A stretch of DNA of 64,000 bases from Candidatus Binatia bacterium (lineage in GTDB: Bacteria > Desulfobacterota > Binatia > Bin18): contig OY761159.2 in assembly GCA_963664395.2 (NCBI GenBank), positions 2,656,001 through 2,720,000 on the forward strand, read 5' to 3'. Both the position numbers and the translations under genes were made by a program. The first letter of the stretch is position 1, and every line of letters begins with the position of its first letter. The notes under the pieces are model-generated. The model made no database searches. It had not been told where the DNA came from and was given only the letters and a program-made list of their open reading frames with translations. Shown here piece by piece: positions 19,565 through 30,031 of this stretch.

Positions 19565-20359
19565 ATGACAACATTTTTCACCGGACCAAAACCCAGACTC
19601 TTTGCACACCGGGGCGCCAGCGGGGAAGCGCCGGAGAATACCATGGCTGCGTTTCAGCGGGCTGTGGATTTGGGCATTGAGTATATTGAGCTGGATGTGC
19701 ATGCGTCTGAGGATGGGCAGATAATGGTCATCCATGATGCGACTATCGAGCGGACGACGAATGGACTGGGTGCGGTGAATAACTACTCCTTGGCTGCCCT
19801 GCGACAGCTCGATGCGGGCTATCGCTTTTCGCCGGATGGTGGAAAGACGTTGCCCTTTCGCGCGTCGGGTGTGGTTATTCCCTCGCTCGAAGAAGTGCTC
19901 AGCAACCTTTCGAATGTGAAGTTTACGGTTGAGATCAAACAGTCAGACCCGCCTATTGAAGAGCAGGTGATTACGCTTGTCACAGACTGCGGCAAGGCGG
20001 ATGACGTTATCATTGCGTCAGAACATGATGCAGTTCTGGCTCGTTCTCGAAAACTGGCGCCAGATATCCCGACCAATTTTGGCTATAGCGAAGTTGCTGA
20101 TTTTATTCAGCGCGTTGCAACCAATCAACTTGAAGGTTATCAGCCCCCTGGGCAGGCACTTCAAATTCCTCCCACGTATCAAGGCATCCCTCTGGTGACA
20201 GCACACACGGTTGCTGCGGCGCATCAACTCGGCTTAGAGATTCATGTGTGGACGATTACTGATCCGCACGAGATGAACAGCCTGCTTGATCTTGGGGTGG
20301 ATGGGGTGATGTCGGACTTCCCGGCGCGGTTGTTGGAAGTGGCAGGGGGGAGAGGGTAA
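19565..20359 (+). CDS. Glycerophosphodiester phosphodiesterase
   Basis: AHRGAS..APENT, ELDVH, HD, VEIK, HVWTI, GVDGVMSDFP. Confidence 0.9.
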   Translation: MTTFFTGPKPRLFAHRGASGEAPENTMAAFQRAVDLGIEYIELDVHASEDGQIMVIHDATIERTTNGLGAVNNYSLAALRQLDAGYRFSPDGGKTLPFRASGVVIPSLEEVLSNLSNVKFTVEIKQSDPPIEEQVITLVTDCGKADDVIIASEHDAVLARSRKLAPDIPTNFGYSEVADFIQRVATNQLEGYQPPGQALQIPPTYQGIPLVTAHTVAAAHQLGLEIHVWTITDPHEMNSLLDLGVDGVMSDFPARLLEVAGGRG

Positions 20360-20365
20360 AAAATT

Positions 20366-20398
20366 CACCCTCAGCCTGCCCTTCTCCCTCAAGGGAGA
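20366..20398. repeat. Degenerate intergenic palindromic repeat between convergent genes
   Basis: CACCCTCAGCCTGCCCTTCTCCCTCAAGGGAGA; resembles the reverse complement of 23807-23842. Confidence 0.35.
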
Positions 20399-20410
20399 TG
20401 CCCCTACAAG

Positions 20411-21247
20411 TCAGTTAATCTTCGGCATAACCTCGGCGGCAAAGCGCTCTATACCACTTCGGAACGTCGCTGCATCAGCGTAGCGCCCCAGCCCCAGAAC
20501 ATAATGATTTGCCCCGGCTTCTTTCATGGCCGATATGCGGTCGATCATGGGTTCGGGGCTGCCTTCGCGGATCATGCCGCCGACGATGAGGTCTGGCATG
20601 GATCGTCCGTGCTTTTCGGACTCCTCCTTTAAGTGCGCGGCAACCTGGGCTAACTCTCCGGACTGTAGCCCAATTGGATAATAGCCGTCGCCATACTTGA
20701 TGGTCCGTTCAATGGCCTTGGGACCTGCCCCTCCAACCCAGATCGGAGGGCGAGCCGGACGCGGAGCAAAGACGAATTCGGGGAATTTGATGTGCTTTCC
20801 ATCGTACGAATTTATATCGTTATCAAACAATTTATGCACAACTTCGAGGGTTTCGTTGGTAATGGCGCCGCGCTTGCGCGGGTCTACCCCCAGCGCTTCG
20901 AACTCCGGCCGCATCCAGCCTACCCCGGCGCCCAGAATAATCCGTTCATCTGAGAGTTCCTGGAGCGTGGCCACTTGTTTTGCCATGTAGACGGCAGGAC
21001 GATAAGGAAAGACCAGGACGGAAATGCCGAGCTGAATTTTCTGGGTCAGTGCCGCAAAATAGGCCAGCGTTGTCAGCGGCTCAAAATAGCGCCCGCCTGA
21101 GCCTTCGGTTTGATCCGGCGGAATCGCAAGATGATCGACCACAAACGCGGCATCAAAGCCGGCTTCTTCCACGGCCTTGGCACATGCGCCGAGTGTTTCC
21201 CGGGTTGCGGCCGGGCCCATATTACGGATAACAACACCAAATTTCAT
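20411..21247 (-). CDS. LLM-class, probably F420-dependent, oxidoreductase
   Basis: GFDAAFVVDH, EPLTTLAY.AALT, LGAGVGW..EFEALG, PPIWVGG. Confidence 0.85.
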   Translation of the reverse strand: MKFGVVIRNMGPAATRETLGACAKAVEEAGFDAAFVVDHLAIPPDQTEGSGGRYFEPLTTLAYFAALTQKIQLGISVLVFPYRPAVYMAKQVATLQELSDERIILGAGVGWMRPEFEALGVDPRKRGAITNETLEVVHKLFDNDINSYDGKHIKFPEFVFAPRPARPPIWVGGAGPKAIERTIKYGDGYYPIGLQSGELAQVAAHLKEESEKHGRSMPDLIVGGMIREGSPEPMIDRISAMKEAGANHYVLGLGRYADAATFRSGIERFAAEVMPKIN

Positions 21248-21549
21248 TTGTCTTCTCCTTCACCGTCTTGAAACAAACGTTCCGCCAACTCCTCGGCCAA
21301 AGCAGAGCGCTCGTCCTCATCTTCCCGAAGCAGGTCAAAAGATAAATTCATGAGCATCTTCCCCAGGACTTCGCGTTGGATCAAGTTGAGGCGGACAGCT
21401 TGCGGCTGCTCTTCTTCGAGTTGAGCCAGGAGCGTTTCCATAGAACGTACGCCCGTGTCATTCTCCTGCCGTGCTAATCGATCGCCAGCCATGCCGGCGG
21501 CTTGATGCAGCAAAGCCGATTCCTGGGCGGTAAGCGGATAGGAGGACAT
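21244..21549 (-). CDS. Hypothetical protein
   Basis: 101-aa ORF filling the gap after leuD; ATGA overlap with the downstream LLM gene. Confidence 0.55.
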   Translation of the reverse strand: MSSYPLTAQESALLHQAAGMAGDRLARQENDTGVRSMETLLAQLEEEQPQAVRLNLIQREVLGKMLMNLSFDLLREDEDERSALAEELAERLFQDGEGEDK

Positions 21550-21570
21550 ATGCGAGGACGGCTGATTTGA

Positions 21571-22191
21571 TTACTGCAAATCCGGAAACAGCCACGGCGC
21601 TTCGTTCTTCCGGCGCTGTTCATACGCCGTGATCTCCGCGTCGTTTTGCAAGGTGAGCTCGATTTCATCCAAGCCGTTTAACAGACAGTTTTTCCGAAAC
21701 GGATCAACATCAAAATGAAAACGTGTTCCCCCGGGTGTGGTGACCGTTTGGGCGGCGAGATCAACGCTGAGTTGATAGCCGGGCTGGGCCTCGACCTCTT
21801 TGAAGATTTGATCGACTTCGTCATTTTTCAAGACCACGGGCAGCATGCTGTTTTTGAAGCAATTATTAAAAAAGATGTCAGCATAACTGGGGGCGACAAC
21901 GCACCGAAAGCCATAGTCAAATAAGGCCCAGGGGGCATGCTCACGGGACGAACCACAACCGAAGTTGGCGCGCGCCAGGAGAATGCTCGCCCCGTCGTAA
22001 CGCGGCTGATTTAAGACAAAGCCGTCCTGGGGATTGCCATCGCTGGCATAGCGCCAGTCCGAGAACAACCCTTCCCGCAGGCCGGTACGCTTAATGGTTT
22101 TGAGATATTGCTTGGGGATAATTTGATCGGTATCAACATTCACTCGGTCGAGCGGGGCAACGATACCTGTGAGAGTCGTAAAAGCGTCCAT
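21571..22191 (-). CDS. leuD: 3-isopropylmalate dehydratase small subunit
   Basis: [38 protein letters not shown]; AGGA RBS before MDAFTT. Confidence 0.95.
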   Translation of the reverse strand: MDAFTTLTGIVAPLDRVNVDTDQIIPKQYLKTIKRTGLREGLFSDWRYASDGNPQDGFVLNQPRYDGASILLARANFGCGSSREHAPWALFDYGFRCVVAPSYADIFFNNCFKNSMLPVVLKNDEVDQIFKEVEAQPGYQLSVDLAAQTVTTPGGTRFHFDVDPFRKNCLLNGLDEIELTLQNDAEITAYEQRRKNEAPWLFPDLQ

Positions 22192-22210
22192 AGCGTGTTC
22201 CTTTCTGACC

Positions 22211-23614
22211 CTAGCTCCAGTTTCTGATATCGACGAAGCGGCCTTCGATCGCAGCAGCAGTCGCCATAGCCGGGGAAACGAGATGCGTTCGTCCACCCTT
22301 GCCCTGGCGGCCTTCAAAGTTGCGATTGCTGGTTGAAGCGCAGCGCTCGCCGGGTTGAAGCGTGTCAGCGTTCATGGCCAGACACATTGAACAGCCGGCT
22401 TCGCGCCACTCGAACCCGGCCTCCTTAAAAATGCTATCGAGCCCTTCATCCTCGGCCTGCTTTTTGATCAGGCCGGAGCCCGGAACGACCATGGCGCTGA
22501 CGGTTGAGGCGACCTTTTTGCCTTTGGCGTACCGGGCGGCAATACGCAGGTCTTCAATCCGGGAATTGGTGCAGGAGCCAATAAAGACCCGGTCTATCGG
22601 GATATCCGTAATCGGCGTTCCCGCTTTGAGGTCCATATAGGCCAGGGCTCGTTGTGTTGCTTCCTGCGTTTCCGGCGAAGGCATGTCGGCCGGGTCGGGC
22701 ACAGCCCCGGTCACATCGGTGACCATGCCAGGATTCGTGCCCCAGGTGACTTGAGGGGCAATGTCTTCCGCTTTCAGCTCTAGGGTCTTATCAAAGCTGG
22801 CATCCGGGTCTGAGGGCAGTTGCTGCCAGGCCGCCACCGCCCGCTCGAACAGCTCGTCTTTGGGCGCAAACGGCCTGCCTTTGATATAGGCAAACGTCTT
22901 GTCATCCGGGGCGACCATACCCGCCCGCGCGCCGCCTTCAATGGACATATTGCACAGCGTCATGCGGCCTTCCATTGATAATGCCCGGATGGCCGCGCCA
23001 GTGTATTCAATGACATGCCCGGTTCCGCCGGCAGTCCCGATTTTTCCAATAATGGCCAGGATAATATCCTTGGCAGAACACCGCTCGGGCAACACGCCCT
23101 CCACCCGGATCTGCATGGTCTTGGCTTTCTTTTGGAGCAGACATTGTGAGGCCAACACGTGCTCGACCTCGCTGGTGCCAATGCCAAAGGCCAGCGCGCC
23201 AAACGCCCCATGCGTGGCGGTATGGGAATCCCCACACACAATGATCATGCCCGGCAGCGTCAGTCCTTGCTCTGGTCCGATCACATGGACGATACCCTGG
23301 CGGATATCGTCTATGTCGAAAATTTGGATGCCGGTTGTCCGACAGTTCTCTTGGAGTGCCTCGATCTGCCTGGCGGCCACGGCATCTTCAATGGGTTTGT
23401 CCCGGTCTGTTGTTGGCACGTTATGGTCGGGCACGGCTATCGTCGCTGGGGTGCGGCGCACGTTCCGGCCGGCCAGTTGCAGACCCTCAAACGCTTGTGG
23501 AGAAGTCACCTCATGGGTGAGGTGGCGATCAACATATAAGAGTGTCGTGCCGTCTTCTTCGGTCCGCACGACATGCGATTCCCATATTTTTTCAAACATT
23601 GTCTTGCGCGCCAT
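22211..23614 (-). CDS. leuC: 3-isopropylmalate dehydratase large subunit
   Basis: [44 protein letters not shown]. Confidence 0.97.
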   Translation of the reverse strand: MARKTMFEKIWESHVVRTEEDGTTLLYVDRHLTHEVTSPQAFEGLQLAGRNVRRTPATIAVPDHNVPTTDRDKPIEDAVAARQIEALQENCRTTGIQIFDIDDIRQGIVHVIGPEQGLTLPGMIIVCGDSHTATHGAFGALAFGIGTSEVEHVLASQCLLQKKAKTMQIRVEGVLPERCSAKDIILAIIGKIGTAGGTGHVIEYTGAAIRALSMEGRMTLCNMSIEGGARAGMVAPDDKTFAYIKGRPFAPKDELFERAVAAWQQLPSDPDASFDKTLELKAEDIAPQVTWGTNPGMVTDVTGAVPDPADMPSPETQEATQRALAYMDLKAGTPITDIPIDRVFIGSCTNSRIEDLRIAARYAKGKKVASTVSAMVVPGSGLIKKQAEDEGLDSIFKEAGFEWREAGCSMCLAMNADTLQPGERCASTSNRNFEGRQGKGGRTHLVSPAMATAAAIEGRFVDIRNWS

Positions 23615-23806
23615 TATTTACCCCTTTATGCTCCGTCTCGCTTTCTTTTGGGCCGTGGCTCCTGAAAGAGCTATACCTTTCTCAGATTTGGTAGGGGCTG
23701 GCAAGATGGAAGGAGCGGAGACGGTATGGTAGGATGACCCTCCTGACTCCGAAGAGTCGAAATCCAGAAAAAGGTTGGAAAGTTAGGGAGAGGGAGAAAC
23801 TCGGTT

Positions 23807-23842
23807 CCCTCGCCCCTTGGGGGAGAGGGCTAGGGTGAGGGG
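23807..23842. repeat. Intergenic palindromic repeat (CCCTCACCC..CCCTCTCCC type)
   Basis: CCCTCGCCCC-TTG-GGGGAGAGGG hairpin followed by CTAGGGTGAGGGG. Confidence 0.5.
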
Positions 23843-23866
23843 TATTCAACTTTTAGGGAGAATTTC

Positions 23867-24727
23867 ATGGGCGAATGGACCGTTGATGTTAATGAAAAAG
23901 ACTTTGAGCAGGACGTACTTGAACGCTCGTACAGCGTCCCGGTTGTTCTGGATTTTTGGGCTCCCTGGTGCGGTCCGTGTCGTGCTATCGGCCCGGTGCT
24001 GGAAAAGCTGGCAGACGAACAAGCAGGCAAGTTTGTTTTGGCGAAGGTGAATGTTGATGAAAATCCTGCCCTGGCCCAATCCTTTCAGATCAGCAGCATT
24101 CCGGCAGTGAAGGCAGTCAAGGAAGGCGCGATTGCCAATGAGTTTCTGGGGGCTCTGCCCGAGCCGGCTATTCGCGAATTTGTTGAAGGCTTGATCCCGT
24201 CTGAGGCCGACTCTCTGGCCCAACAAGGCCAAGACCTGCAAGAACAGGGAAAAGATCAGGGAGCCGAGAGTTTATATCGCGCCGCCCTGTCAAAGGATGA
24301 GCGCCAACCGAAAGCACTGCTTGGGCTGGCCCGTCTCCTGGCGGGCAAGGAAGAGCACGCGGATGCCCTTGCCTTACTTGGTCGTATTCCGCCGAATGCT
24401 CGGGAACATGATGCAGCCCAGCAGTTGGCTGCTCAGATACGAGTGAAACAGACTGGAGCCAATGCCGGTGAAGAGGCCGCCTATCGCGAGAAGATTGAGG
24501 CCGACCCGAATGACCTGGATGCCCGATTTGAACTAGCCCAAATTCTGGCTGCCTCGACACGCTACGAAGAAGCGCTCACCGAATACTTGGAGATTGTAAA
24601 GAAAGACCGCGCCTTCCGGGACGACGGAGCGCGGAAGGCCATGCTCGAAATTTTTGAGGTGATCGGTGCTCGGAGTGAATTGGCTGACCGGTTCCGGTCG
24701 GAACTGGCGAAGGTGTTGTTCAGTTAG
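23867..24727 (+). CDS. Thioredoxin-TPR protein (YbbN/CnoX-like) with intact WCGPC
   Basis: DFWAPWCGPC, KVNVDEN, C-terminal TPR repeats ending DDGARKAML.IF. Confidence 0.9.
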   Translation: MGEWTVDVNEKDFEQDVLERSYSVPVVLDFWAPWCGPCRAIGPVLEKLADEQAGKFVLAKVNVDENPALAQSFQISSIPAVKAVKEGAIANEFLGALPEPAIREFVEGLIPSEADSLAQQGQDLQEQGKDQGAESLYRAALSKDERQPKALLGLARLLAGKEEHADALALLGRIPPNAREHDAAQQLAAQIRVKQTGANAGEEAAYREKIEADPNDLDARFELAQILAASTRYEEALTEYLEIVKKDRAFRDDGARKAMLEIFEVIGARSELADRFRSELAKVLFS

Positions 24728-24763
24728 GCCGGACTGCCGCAACCATCCGCGACATTTCAGCCC

Positions 24764-25320
24764 TTACTCTTGATTCGGTCTCCGCTCCTCCAGGAGTTGT
24801 CTCAGCGCTTGGGTTTGTATTTCCAATGTTGCGGTGTGGTCTCGCAGCGTCTCGGCCACGCCCTGTAAAACGTCGGTAGTGGTCTTCATGACATCGGCAT
24901 TGGCTTTCCGTTCCGTGTTGCTTTGAGATATCAGCCAGATGCCCCAGGCAATAAGACCAGTTTGCTAATGGCTGGACATTTTCCAAAAGAGAACTGCGAT
25001 ACTGACAAGCAGAATTGAAGCTCCGGTCAACCCAATCCATTCATACATCGTCATGGCGGGGACTCCTTGATTCGACAATTAGCTTTCTGATCACTGTATG
25101 CTGTCTCCACACCCCAACAATCAGAGCGAGGCTAACAATGATGCCCAACGACATCAAGACGAGACGGACGGTTGTGAGGAGACATCAAGACGAGACGGAC
25201 GGTTGTTCGCTCTCCTAAGAGGAGTCCGAGGGCGCTTCCTCCAACCGCAAGAATAAAGAGCGCCATGAGCTTGAGAAGCTCCGTTTCGTACTTGATCTGT
25301 TCCACGTTTTTGTCAGTCAT
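24764..25320 (-). pseudogene. Disrupted small membrane-protein gene(s)
   Basis: A hydrophobic ORF is frameshifted by a 31-nt duplication; the restored frame continues (LGIIVSLALIVGVW...) through one TAG into a coiled-coil-like tail. Confidence 0.4.
25150..25206. repeat. 26-bp direct repeat, two copies, period 31
   Basis: GACATCAAGACGAGACGGACGGTTGT at 25150-25175 and 25181-25206. Confidence 0.9.
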
Positions 25321-25389
25321 GGATCAATATTGAAGGCGACTTTCCTCGCAGGCACGCTTGCGACGAGCGAAGTGTCACCCGACGATTCT

Positions 25390-26259
25390 CTACGCCAACG
25401 CCCACTCCTCACCTTCGTTTTTCGCCACGCCTTCTTTTTCCAGCTTAATTAGGTGGGACTGCACGGAGTTCCCGGCCGCAGCGTGCAGGAACTCGGGCAC
25501 GTCAACATAAATACGTTTCACCATGTCTGGAATTTTGGTCAGTCCGGTGCCAAGTGCGTCCAGCACCTGCTGCTCGCGCAACTCGCGGTGGGCGATGTAG
25601 TCGTTCAGTTTTTTGTACGGCGCGCGAATGGCGGGGCCGTGGGCGGGATAGATGACCGACAAATCGAGGGCAAGCAGCTTCCGTAGCGACGCCATATAGT
25701 CAATCAAGCCGCCGCCTTCTTCCGGTACTACCGTCGTGCCGGCACCCAGCACCAGGTCTCCGGTAAAGAGCGCTTTTTCCTCTTCGAGGTAGTAACACAA
25801 GTGGTCTTTGGCATGGCCCGGCGTGTGGATCGCCCTTAGGGTTGCCCCATCGGTCTCGATGCTGGCTCCATCTTCGATATAGGTCAGTGGAAAATCATAG
25901 GCCGCGTCTTTTTCCGGCCAGATGTGTTTTGAGACGGTCAACTCGCCAAAGCGTTTCTTCACATTGGGCACCCCGCCGATGTGGTCTTGGTGCACATGGG
26001 TGAGGACGATCTCTTGGAGTTCGTTGGCGCCCTTGGTCTCGGACAGGCCCTTTTCCAATAATGGATCGTAGACCTCCAGGCCGATCCCCGTGTCGAGCAG
26101 GATAGGTCGTTTGCTCGTGCCAACCAGATAAGTATTAGTTCCGGGTCCGGTGAACGGCCCAGGGTTTTGACCAAGCACAGTCGCAACGCGGTCGCTCCAG
26201 GTGTCGAAGTCGGGCAGTTGCAGCCCGGCCATGGTGTCCGTAACAACACGTTGGGTCAT
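25390..26259 (-). CDS. MBL-fold metallo-hydrolase (LACTB2-like)
   Basis: NPGPFTGPGTNTY, THVHQDH, TPGH, FTGD, PAHG, C-terminal winged helix. Confidence 0.9.
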   Translation of the reverse strand: MTQRVVTDTMAGLQLPDFDTWSDRVATVLGQNPGPFTGPGTNTYLVGTSKRPILLDTGIGLEVYDPLLEKGLSETKGANELQEIVLTHVHQDHIGGVPNVKKRFGELTVSKHIWPEKDAAYDFPLTYIEDGASIETDGATLRAIHTPGHAKDHLCYYLEEEKALFTGDLVLGAGTTVVPEEGGGLIDYMASLRKLLALDLSVIYPAHGPAIRAPYKKLNDYIAHRELREQQVLDALGTGLTKIPDMVKRIYVDVPEFLHAAAGNSVQSHLIKLEKEGVAKNEGEEWALA

Positions 26260-26261
26260 TC

Positions 26262-27422
26262 TCAGCTCCTCAGCAGGTTTGCGGCAATGGTTTTGAGTTG
26301 CATATTCGAGGTGCCCTCATAGATTTTGCCGATCTTGGCGTCCCGGTAGAACTTCTCGGCTGGATAATCTTTGGTAAAGCCCACCCCACCGAAAATCTCC
26401 AGGGAGCGGGAGGCGACCCGTTCACCGACTTGCGAGCAAAAGAATTTCGTCATGGCGGCCGAATTGGCAAACGGCTGTCCACTCTCTTTCAGGCGGGCCG
26501 TGTTATACACCATCAGCCGCGCGGCTTCGATTTCGGTTGCCAGCTCGGCCAACTCAAACTGGATGGCCTGAAAATCCGCAACCGCCCGCCCAAACTGTGA
26601 GCGCCCCTTGGCATAGCCAAGGGCACAGTCGAAGGCTCCCTGGGCCAGGCCGGTCATTTGCGCCCCAATCCCAATCCGGCCTTCGTTCAGCGTCTCAATA
26701 GCGACTTTATAGCCCTGGCCGACCTCTCCCACGACCTGACTGCGCGGCACCCGGACGTCTTCGAGAATCAGCTCGCAGGTCGAGCTGGCGCGAATGCCCA
26801 GTTTGTCTTCTTTTTTCCCGACACTGAAACCCGGCATATCGCGTTCGACCATGAAGGCGGTTACGCCCTTATAGCCCTTGTCCGGGTCGGCATTGGCAAA
26901 GAGCAAATACACCCCGGCTTCTGCGCCATTGGTGGTCCACATCTTCTGGCCGTTCAACACAAATGTGTCACCGTCCAGCCGCGCACGGGTCTGCATGGCA
27001 AAGGCGTCGCTCCCGGAACCGGACTCAGACAGGGAATAGGCCCCGACCGTGTCTGTGGCCAAACGAGGAAAAAACCGGGCTTTTTGGTCAGGATTGAGCC
27101 ACCGGACGAGGGCATTGTTGACCAGGGTATTCTGGACATCAACACAGGTGGCGACCGCCGGATCAATACGCGCCAACTCTTCAATGGCCAGAATCGACAT
27201 GAAGAAACTGGCCTCCGCGCCCCCATAGACGGCCGGGATTTCGATGCCCATAACCCCCAGGTCAAAAAGTTGGGCGATCAGCTCAGGCGGGATTTTGGCC
27301 GCGCGGTCCATGTCCATGACGTGGGGTTTGATCTGTTCCTCGGCGAACTCCCGCACCATCGTCCGAAACAATTCCTCTTCCTCACTCAGCGTCACCAGAG
27401 GTAGATGCAGTGCTTGATCCAT
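26262..27422 (-). CDS. Acyl-CoA dehydrogenase (short/branched-chain type)
   Basis: SLSESGSGSDA, NGQKMWTTN, KLGIRASST, GRIGIGAQ, IYEGTSN. Confidence 0.93.
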   Translation of the reverse strand: MDQALHLPLVTLSEEEELFRTMVREFAEEQIKPHVMDMDRAAKIPPELIAQLFDLGVMGIEIPAVYGGAEASFFMSILAIEELARIDPAVATCVDVQNTLVNNALVRWLNPDQKARFFPRLATDTVGAYSLSESGSGSDAFAMQTRARLDGDTFVLNGQKMWTTNGAEAGVYLLFANADPDKGYKGVTAFMVERDMPGFSVGKKEDKLGIRASSTCELILEDVRVPRSQVVGEVGQGYKVAIETLNEGRIGIGAQMTGLAQGAFDCALGYAKGRSQFGRAVADFQAIQFELAELATEIEAARLMVYNTARLKESGQPFANSAAMTKFFCSQVGERVASRSLEIFGGVGFTKDYPAEKFYRDAKIGKIYEGTSNMQLKTIAANLLRS

Positions 27423-27550
27423 ATGGATATTTCCCCCCCCCCCGTCTGGTTGGATAGCGTCATTGTTGGCACGTTGCTTCCCGGATGTCCAGCCGGTATA
27501 TCTCCAACATATCATCAAGAGGAAAACGCTCCCGGAAAGCTCCTATTGCC

Positions 27551-28121
27551 ATGAAAATCGGACTCATTGCTGACTCGCATATCCCTGAAGCCATGCCCGA
27601 ACTCCCGAGCCAAGTGCGGACGGTATTCGCCGGTGTTGACCTGATTGTCCACGCCGGTGATCTGCACTGCCTTGAAGTGCTGGACTGGCTCGAAGCGCTC
27701 GCGCCGGTGGTGGCGTGTCGGGGTAATGGCGACGAAGGCTCAGGTGGACGCGCCAGTCGTCCCGGACGATCCCCGGCTGCACGAGACCGTCGTGACGCAG
27801 TGCGCCGGCTACACGTTGGGGCTGGTGCACGATGTGCTTGATCCGAACGAATATCCGCATTGGCCTATTGAGCGGACGATGGAGCGGGCTTTTGGCCGTC
27901 GGACTGATATTATTGTCTGCGGCCATACCCATATCGAGCGTATCCAACGCTACGCTGATGTCTTGGTCATTAATCCCGGCAGTCCGACCTATCCGCACAA
28001 TTATTCGGCTCAGCCAGGTACGGTTGGCATGCTGACCCTGGAAGAGGGTGGTGGCGGCACGGTTGAGATCATAGATCTCAAGACGCTTGCCGTGTTGCCG
28101 GAATTTTCGACGGTTTTTTGA
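27551..28121 (+). pseudogene. YfcE-family metallophosphoesterase, frameshifted near 27750
   Basis: N-half (ADSH, HAGD, RGNGD) and C-half (CGHTH, INPGS) lie in different frames. Confidence 0.8.
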
Positions 28122-28153
28122 CCTGGAGGGCGTGTCCCAGGCACCATGACCTT

Positions 28154-29167
28154 TTACCCACCCAAACTAATCATCTCGATTTTTTTATGCTCTTTGGGGT
28201 CGTAGCCGGCGCCCGAACGCAGGGCGGTCAGACGTTCTTCCGAGTAGCGGTCCGTCCGTTGGAGCCAGACCTTTTGCAGTACGCCGAGCAGCGTGTCATC
28301 GCTGGCCCCACCGCGTAGCAGGACCTTGAGATTATGGCCGGTGTTGGCAAAGAGACAGGTCACGAGTCGGCCGTCTGCGGTCAGCCGCGCGCGCGTACAA
28401 GACGAACAGAACGGCTCCGTGACCGAGGCGATCACCCCAATATCACCGCTGCCATCGACGCATTGATAATCCACCGAGGGGGCGCTGCCGCCCTTGCGGC
28501 CTATTTCCCGCAGGGGAAAGCGCGTGTTGATAATGTCCAGGATTTCTTGCTTGGGCACGATGGTGTCCGACTGCCAGTGATTGACATTGCCCACATCCAT
28601 GAACTCAATGAAACGGATGGCAAAGCCATGCTCAAGCGAGAAGGTTACCAGATCGATAATCTCGTCGTCATTCACCCCGCGTTCGATCACCGCATTGAGC
28701 TTAATCGGCGAGAACCCGTGTTCCTTGGCTACAAACAGGCCGTGCAAAACTTTCTGCAAGTCGCCACGCTTGGTGATGCGTCGAAAACGCTCGGGTTTGA
28801 GGCTGTCGAGGCTGACGTTGATGCGACGCAGGCCGGCCGCTTTGAGTAATTGAGCTTTTTCAGCCAGGGTTGAGGCATTGGTCGTCAGGCAAATGTCGCG
28901 TAGACCGTCGATGGCGGACAGGCTGGCGACAAGTTGCTCAAGGTCCCGCCGCGCCAGGGGTTCGCCCCCGGTCAAACGAATCTTTTCGACTCCAAGCTGA
29001 ACAAATAAGCGGGCCAGCCGCGTAATTTCTTCAAACGTCAGCACTTCGCTTTTGGCGAGCCAGTCATAGTCGTCCAGCGGCATGCAATAGGTGCAGCGGA
29101 AGTTGCACCGGTCGGTGACGGAAATACGCAGGTCCTTGACCGGGCGTTGCAGTGTGTCGAGCAGCAT
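28154..29167 (-). CDS. moaA: GTP 3',8-cyclase
   Basis: LRISVTDRCNFRCTYCM, LTGGEPL, FCSSCTRARL...CLF, C-terminal GG. Confidence 0.95.
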   Translation of the reverse strand: MLLDTLQRPVKDLRISVTDRCNFRCTYCMPLDDYDWLAKSEVLTFEEITRLARLFVQLGVEKIRLTGGEPLARRDLEQLVASLSAIDGLRDICLTTNASTLAEKAQLLKAAGLRRINVSLDSLKPERFRRITKRGDLQKVLHGLFVAKEHGFSPIKLNAVIERGVNDDEIIDLVTFSLEHGFAIRFIEFMDVGNVNHWQSDTIVPKQEILDIINTRFPLREIGRKGGSAPSVDYQCVDGSGDIGVIASVTEPFCSSCTRARLTADGRLVTCLFANTGHNLKVLLRGGASDDTLLGVLQKVWLQRTDRYSEERLTALRSGAGYDPKEHKKIEMISLGG

Positions 29168-29277
29168 GCAATCTCCTTAGGGCTGCCTATTATAATGATT
29201 TTGTGGGCTGAGCCAAGGTGATCCGAGTGAGAAAATTTTGTTTGACATATTGATGTCTGGTTCATATGTGTTGATGC

Positions 29278-29529
29278 ATGCGGACAACTATCCGACTCGA
29301 TGATGAACTGCTGGCCTCAACCAAGCAACTCGCCCTCCAAACGGGGCGCACTCTGACCGCAGTCATCGAAGATGCGCTGCGGGAAGTGTTGGCTCGACAT
29401 AAAAACCAGCAGAAAAAAACACGGGTCCGCCTCACAACCGTCAAGGGGAAAGGGCTGTTGCCGGGCGTTGACCTTGATGCTGCTGCCTCGCTGGCCGACC
29501 TGATGGAGCAGGAAGATGCTACTCCCTGA
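29278..29529 (+). CDS. vapB: VapB-type ribbon-helix-helix antitoxin
   Basis: MRTTIRLDDELL..K, overlaps the PIN gene; TTGACA at 29242. Confidence 0.85.
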   Translation: MRTTIRLDDELLASTKQLALQTGRTLTAVIEDALREVLARHKNQQKKTRVRLTTVKGKGLLPGVDLDAAASLADLMEQEDATP

Positions 29530-29944
29530 TGTGAATGTGCTGGTATACGCCCACCGGGAAGACGCGCCCGACTATACACAATATCGGGCCTGGCTCGAAG
29601 ACCCCCTCAATAGTGACCAGGCCTATGGGATGGCGGAGCTTGTCCTGAGTGGTTTCCTGAGGATAGTCACCCCCTCTCGCATTTTTAATCCACCCAGCCC
29701 GCTGGCCTCGGCGCTCCGATTCGTGGAGGAGGTCAGACGGCCGGCGCACTGTGTCATCGTGCGCCCCGGTCCGCGGCATTGGGGGATTTTTACCCGGCTG
29801 TGCCGGACCGTAAATGCGAAAGGGAATCTCATTCCTGATGCCTATTTCGCTGCCCTCGCCCTTGAGTCGGGTAGTGAATGGATCACAACCGATCGGGACT
29901 TCAGCCGCTTCCCCCAGCTTCGGTGGCGGCACCCGTTTGACTAG
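29516..29944 (+). CDS. vapC: VapC PIN-domain toxin
   Basis: PDVNVLVYA, GNLIPDAYFAALALE, TTDRDF.RFP. Confidence 0.9.
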   Translation: MLLPDVNVLVYAHREDAPDYTQYRAWLEDPLNSDQAYGMAELVLSGFLRIVTPSRIFNPPSPLASALRFVEEVRRPAHCVIVRPGPRHWGIFTRLCRTVNAKGNLIPDAYFAALALESGSEWITTDRDFSRFPQLRWRHPFD

Positions 29945-30031
29945 CCACCAGGCATACCCGTAAGCGGACGCGTTGCCGGTATCCATAGCTGTCGGCTAAG
30001 ATGACCCGGCTTTTCAGAGGAGGACGAACGC

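Noticed and set aside
22899-23732. Long antisense ORFs (also 26658-27404, 31611-32357, 44036-44827, 55681-56634, 56925-57725)
   Set aside because: They are shadows of well-supported genes on the opposite strand, which is common at this GC level, and carry no motifs
25150-25206. Possible mini-CRISPR array
   Set aside because: Only two repeats with a 5-nt spacer, inside an ORF, and no cas genes; a local duplication explains it
27740-27765. Programmed ribosomal frameshift in the phosphoesterase gene (also considered for the Rieske gene near 32815)
   Set aside because: No slippery heptamer at either site; mutation or sequencing error is more likely
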